Below are positions 60,605-64,000 of a stretch of DNA of 64,000 bases, in pieces (within the stretch, counting starts at the first letter, position 1; every line of letters begins with the position of its first letter). The notes under the pieces are model-generated. The model was not told the origin of the DNA and made no database searches. It saw nothing but the letters and a program-made list of their open reading frames with translations. A program made the translations under genes and the position numbers. Source of the stretch: Eledone cirrhosa (taxonomy: Eukaryota); assembly GCA_964016885.1 (NCBI GenBank), contig OZ024743.1, positions 36,084,001-36,148,000 on the forward strand, in the 5' to 3' direction.

Positions 60605-60636
<32 letters not shown>

Positions 60637-60665
60637 TTATGTATATATATGTATATGTATATATA

Positions 60666-60727
<62 letters not shown>

Positions 60728-60921
60728 AGAATTAGTATATCTACCAACATATTTATACAGAGGTACACTTATGCTAGCAAATACATAGGTTTTGTCTTAG
60801 TAACTTTGTGGTTCAATACAAAAGGATGCAGAACAATTATATGAAAGACAAGAAAAGAAGATAAGAAAAGAAAATTATAGTAGTAAGTTAATTACTATAA
60901 TTTTCTTATTTTACATATTTC

Positions 60922-60956
<35 letters not shown>

Positions 60957-61011
60957 TATAGTTTTTCTTTCATTTTAAGGTAACCAGTTAAAAGAATAAA
61001 TACACGTGTAA

Positions 61012-61061
<50 letters not shown>

Positions 61062-61393
61062 GTGTGTGTGTATGTGAGTCTATTGCGGGAAAAATACTAC
61101 TAAAGTTTTGCAGATGCATCTTAATGATTTATATTTATATATATATAGATTAATAGAATAATAGTATTTTTGAAAAGTTGACTAACAAACATTGCTATAG
61201 TTTATTTTGATGAGCTATTTTCCGAGTCTACAGCAAATTACATACATAAGAAATAACATCATGTGTGTTTTATGATTATTTTCCTATATAACGTGATTTT
61301 TAATATTACGGGGTCGATAAAATAAAGTACCAGTACCGCACTGGGTAATTGCTGGCCTTGTGCCTAACGTAGAAACAATTATATAAATATACA

Positions 61394-61473
<80 letters not shown>

Positions 61474-61710
61474 CATATATATATACATACATATATATAT
61501 ATATATATATTTAAAGTATATGATAAACACGAAATGTGTTTACATTGCAACAGACAAAGTTAGCTATTAATGAAATAAATATAATATGTATATATATATA
61601 CATATATATACATATATACATACACACACATATATATATATATATATACGGCGTAACAAATAATAGTTAAATGCAAACCATATAGCCAACCATGTCAACC
61701 TTCTTTCCTG

Positions 61711-61758
<48 letters not shown>

Positions 61759-61849
61759 TGATTTATCTGAATTATTGAGCCCTCTGCCGCTCATTTCGAA
61801 TTTTGTTTATCGTGAACTCGTGCGCCGATTTTTCGATACTCGATTATTC

Positions 61850-61852
<3 letters not shown>

Positions 61853-61912
<60 letters not shown>

Positions 61913-61959
61913 TATATATATACATATATATATATATACATATACATATATATATATAC

Positions 61960-62016
<57 letters not shown>

Positions 62017-62063
62017 CACATACATATATATATACATTTATATATATATACATATATATATAC

Positions 62064-62119
<56 letters not shown>

Positions 62120-62138
62120 CCATCTATATATATATATA

Positions 62139-62193
<55 letters not shown>

Positions 62194-62210
62194 ATCTATA
62201 TATATATATA

Positions 62211-62292
<82 letters not shown>

Positions 62293-62339
62293 TATATATA
62301 TACATATATATATATATACATATACATATATATATATAC

Positions 62340-62397
<58 letters not shown>

Positions 62398-62449
62398 ATA
62401 CATATATATATACATTTATATATATATATATATATACATATATATATAC

Positions 62450-62505
<56 letters not shown>

Positions 62506-62524
62506 CCATCTATATATATATATA

Positions 62525-62586
<62 letters not shown>
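61853..62586. repeat. Imperfect (TA)n array with internal duplication
   Basis: Directly visible. Confidence 0.95.
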
Positions 62587-62589
<3 letters not shown>

Positions 62590-63597
62590 CTCACTAGCTA
62601 TACTGATGACACTAAGGTAGCACAGGCAATCAAAAACCCGGCTGACGCTGCCCTCTTACAGCAGGATCTGGATGCCATATACAGATGGGCGGAAGAAAAC
62701 AACATGCAGTTTAATGCTGGCAAATTCCAAGCCCTACAATACAAACCTGCAAACACAAACACAAATATAGCGGAACACAGCTACACAGGACCAGGAGGGA
62801 CCGATATCCCCGTGTCAAAATCGATACGAGACCTGGGCATAGACATGAGCGATGATGCATCTTTTTCTTCACACATCATGAAGGTGGCGACAGCATGTAG
62901 ACGATTCGCTGGCTGGATCTTGAGGACTTTCCTTACAAGAGATCGAGACACCATGTTGACACTGTGGAGGACTTTTGTCCTAAGCCGCCTGCACTACTGC
63001 TCCCAGCTGTGGTCACCCCATAGTGTCAAACTAACGACAGAGCTTGAGGCAATCCAGCGAAGCTACACCAAGAGGATTGCCAAGATGAGGGAGACAAGCT
63101 ACTGGGAGAGGCTGAAGGAACTGAACCTCTACTCCTTGGAGCGAAGACGGGAGAGATACGCAGTGATCTACATGTGGAAAATCCTGGAGGGACTAGCACC
63201 AAACTTTGGCATTGGGAGCTGAACCAACCGTCGAACAGGACGTCACTGTGTGGTGCCAAAGGTCCCGTCTTCCACATCTAGAATAAGGAGCAGGTATTGC
63301 AATAGCCTGGGATTCAAGGGCCCTCAACTCTTCAACAGGCTGCCGAGGCATCTGCGAGACTTGCATGACGTGGAGGTGGATGTCTTTAAGAAACATCTCG
63401 ACACCTTGTTATCCAGGATCCCGGATGAGCCCACAGCAAGACACGAGGGAAACCTAAGGGCAGCAGCAACAAACTCCCTCCTACACCAGTGGCCAACCTA
63501 TACAGGCTGGAGATAAAATGTGTAGCAACAAGGGCGGTGCCCCAGCATGGCCTCAGCCGGATGGCTGAAACAGGTAAAAGAGTAAAAGAGTAAAAGA

Positions 63598-63600
<3 letters not shown>
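62587..63600 (+). mobile_element. 5'-truncated CR1-group LINE: RT C-terminal half, 3' UTR and (GTAAAAGA)n tail
   Basis: [68 protein letters not shown]; one in-frame TGA at 63220-63222, frame continues to 63516. Confidence 0.9.
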
Positions 63601-63642
<42 letters not shown>

Positions 63643-63648
63643 TGTGTG

Positions 63649-63708
<60 letters not shown>

Positions 63709-63711
63709 TAC

Positions 63712-63820
<109 letters not shown>

Positions 63821-63824
63821 TGTG

Positions 63825-63868
<44 letters not shown>

Positions 63869-63883
63869 TATATATATACAGCT

Positions 63884-64000
63884 GAAGGCGCATAGATTAG
63901 TGGTTAGAGCATTGGGCTTGCAATCGAAAGGTTGTCAGTTCAATTCTCGGACAGGGTAATGTGTTGTTTCCTTGAGCAAGACACTTTATTTCACGTTGCT
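63884..64000 (+). mobile_element. tRNA-headed SINE, cut off by the window end
   Basis: agtggttagagc and agttcaattc pol III boxes, then ccttgagcaagacactt. Confidence 0.65.

Noticed and set aside
62212-62586. N-terminal part of the 336-aa ORF
   Set aside because: (TA)n read-through fused in frame to a truncated LINE; not a real protein start

Overview
AT-rich eukaryotic (animal) non-coding DNA. The repeat content suggests a cephalopod or octopus genome, which is an inference. No intact host gene is evident, and nearly all long ORFs in the track are (TA)n, (CA)n, (TATG)n or (GGT/GAT)n microsatellite artefacts. The microsatellites host many retroelement fragments: a decayed Penelope-like (Naiad-type) reverse transcriptase, an R4/Dong-like restriction-like endonuclease end, CR1-type, RTE-type and Tx1/L1-like LINE 3' ends, many tRNA-derived SINEs (several with clear TSDs), TTAA-type MITEs and a ~600-bp (TATG)n-embedded repeat family. 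The main observation is a set of about ten sequence-unrelated short elements embedded in (TA)n that share a recurrent architecture: an inverted partial copy, a minimal type I hammerhead ribozyme (complete, mutated or truncated), and a conserved RCUC-helix-loop-helix-YY-GAGY bulged hairpin about 40-80 nt before the 3' end. Not every copy retains every part. All structures were paired by eye, with no computation or database search.
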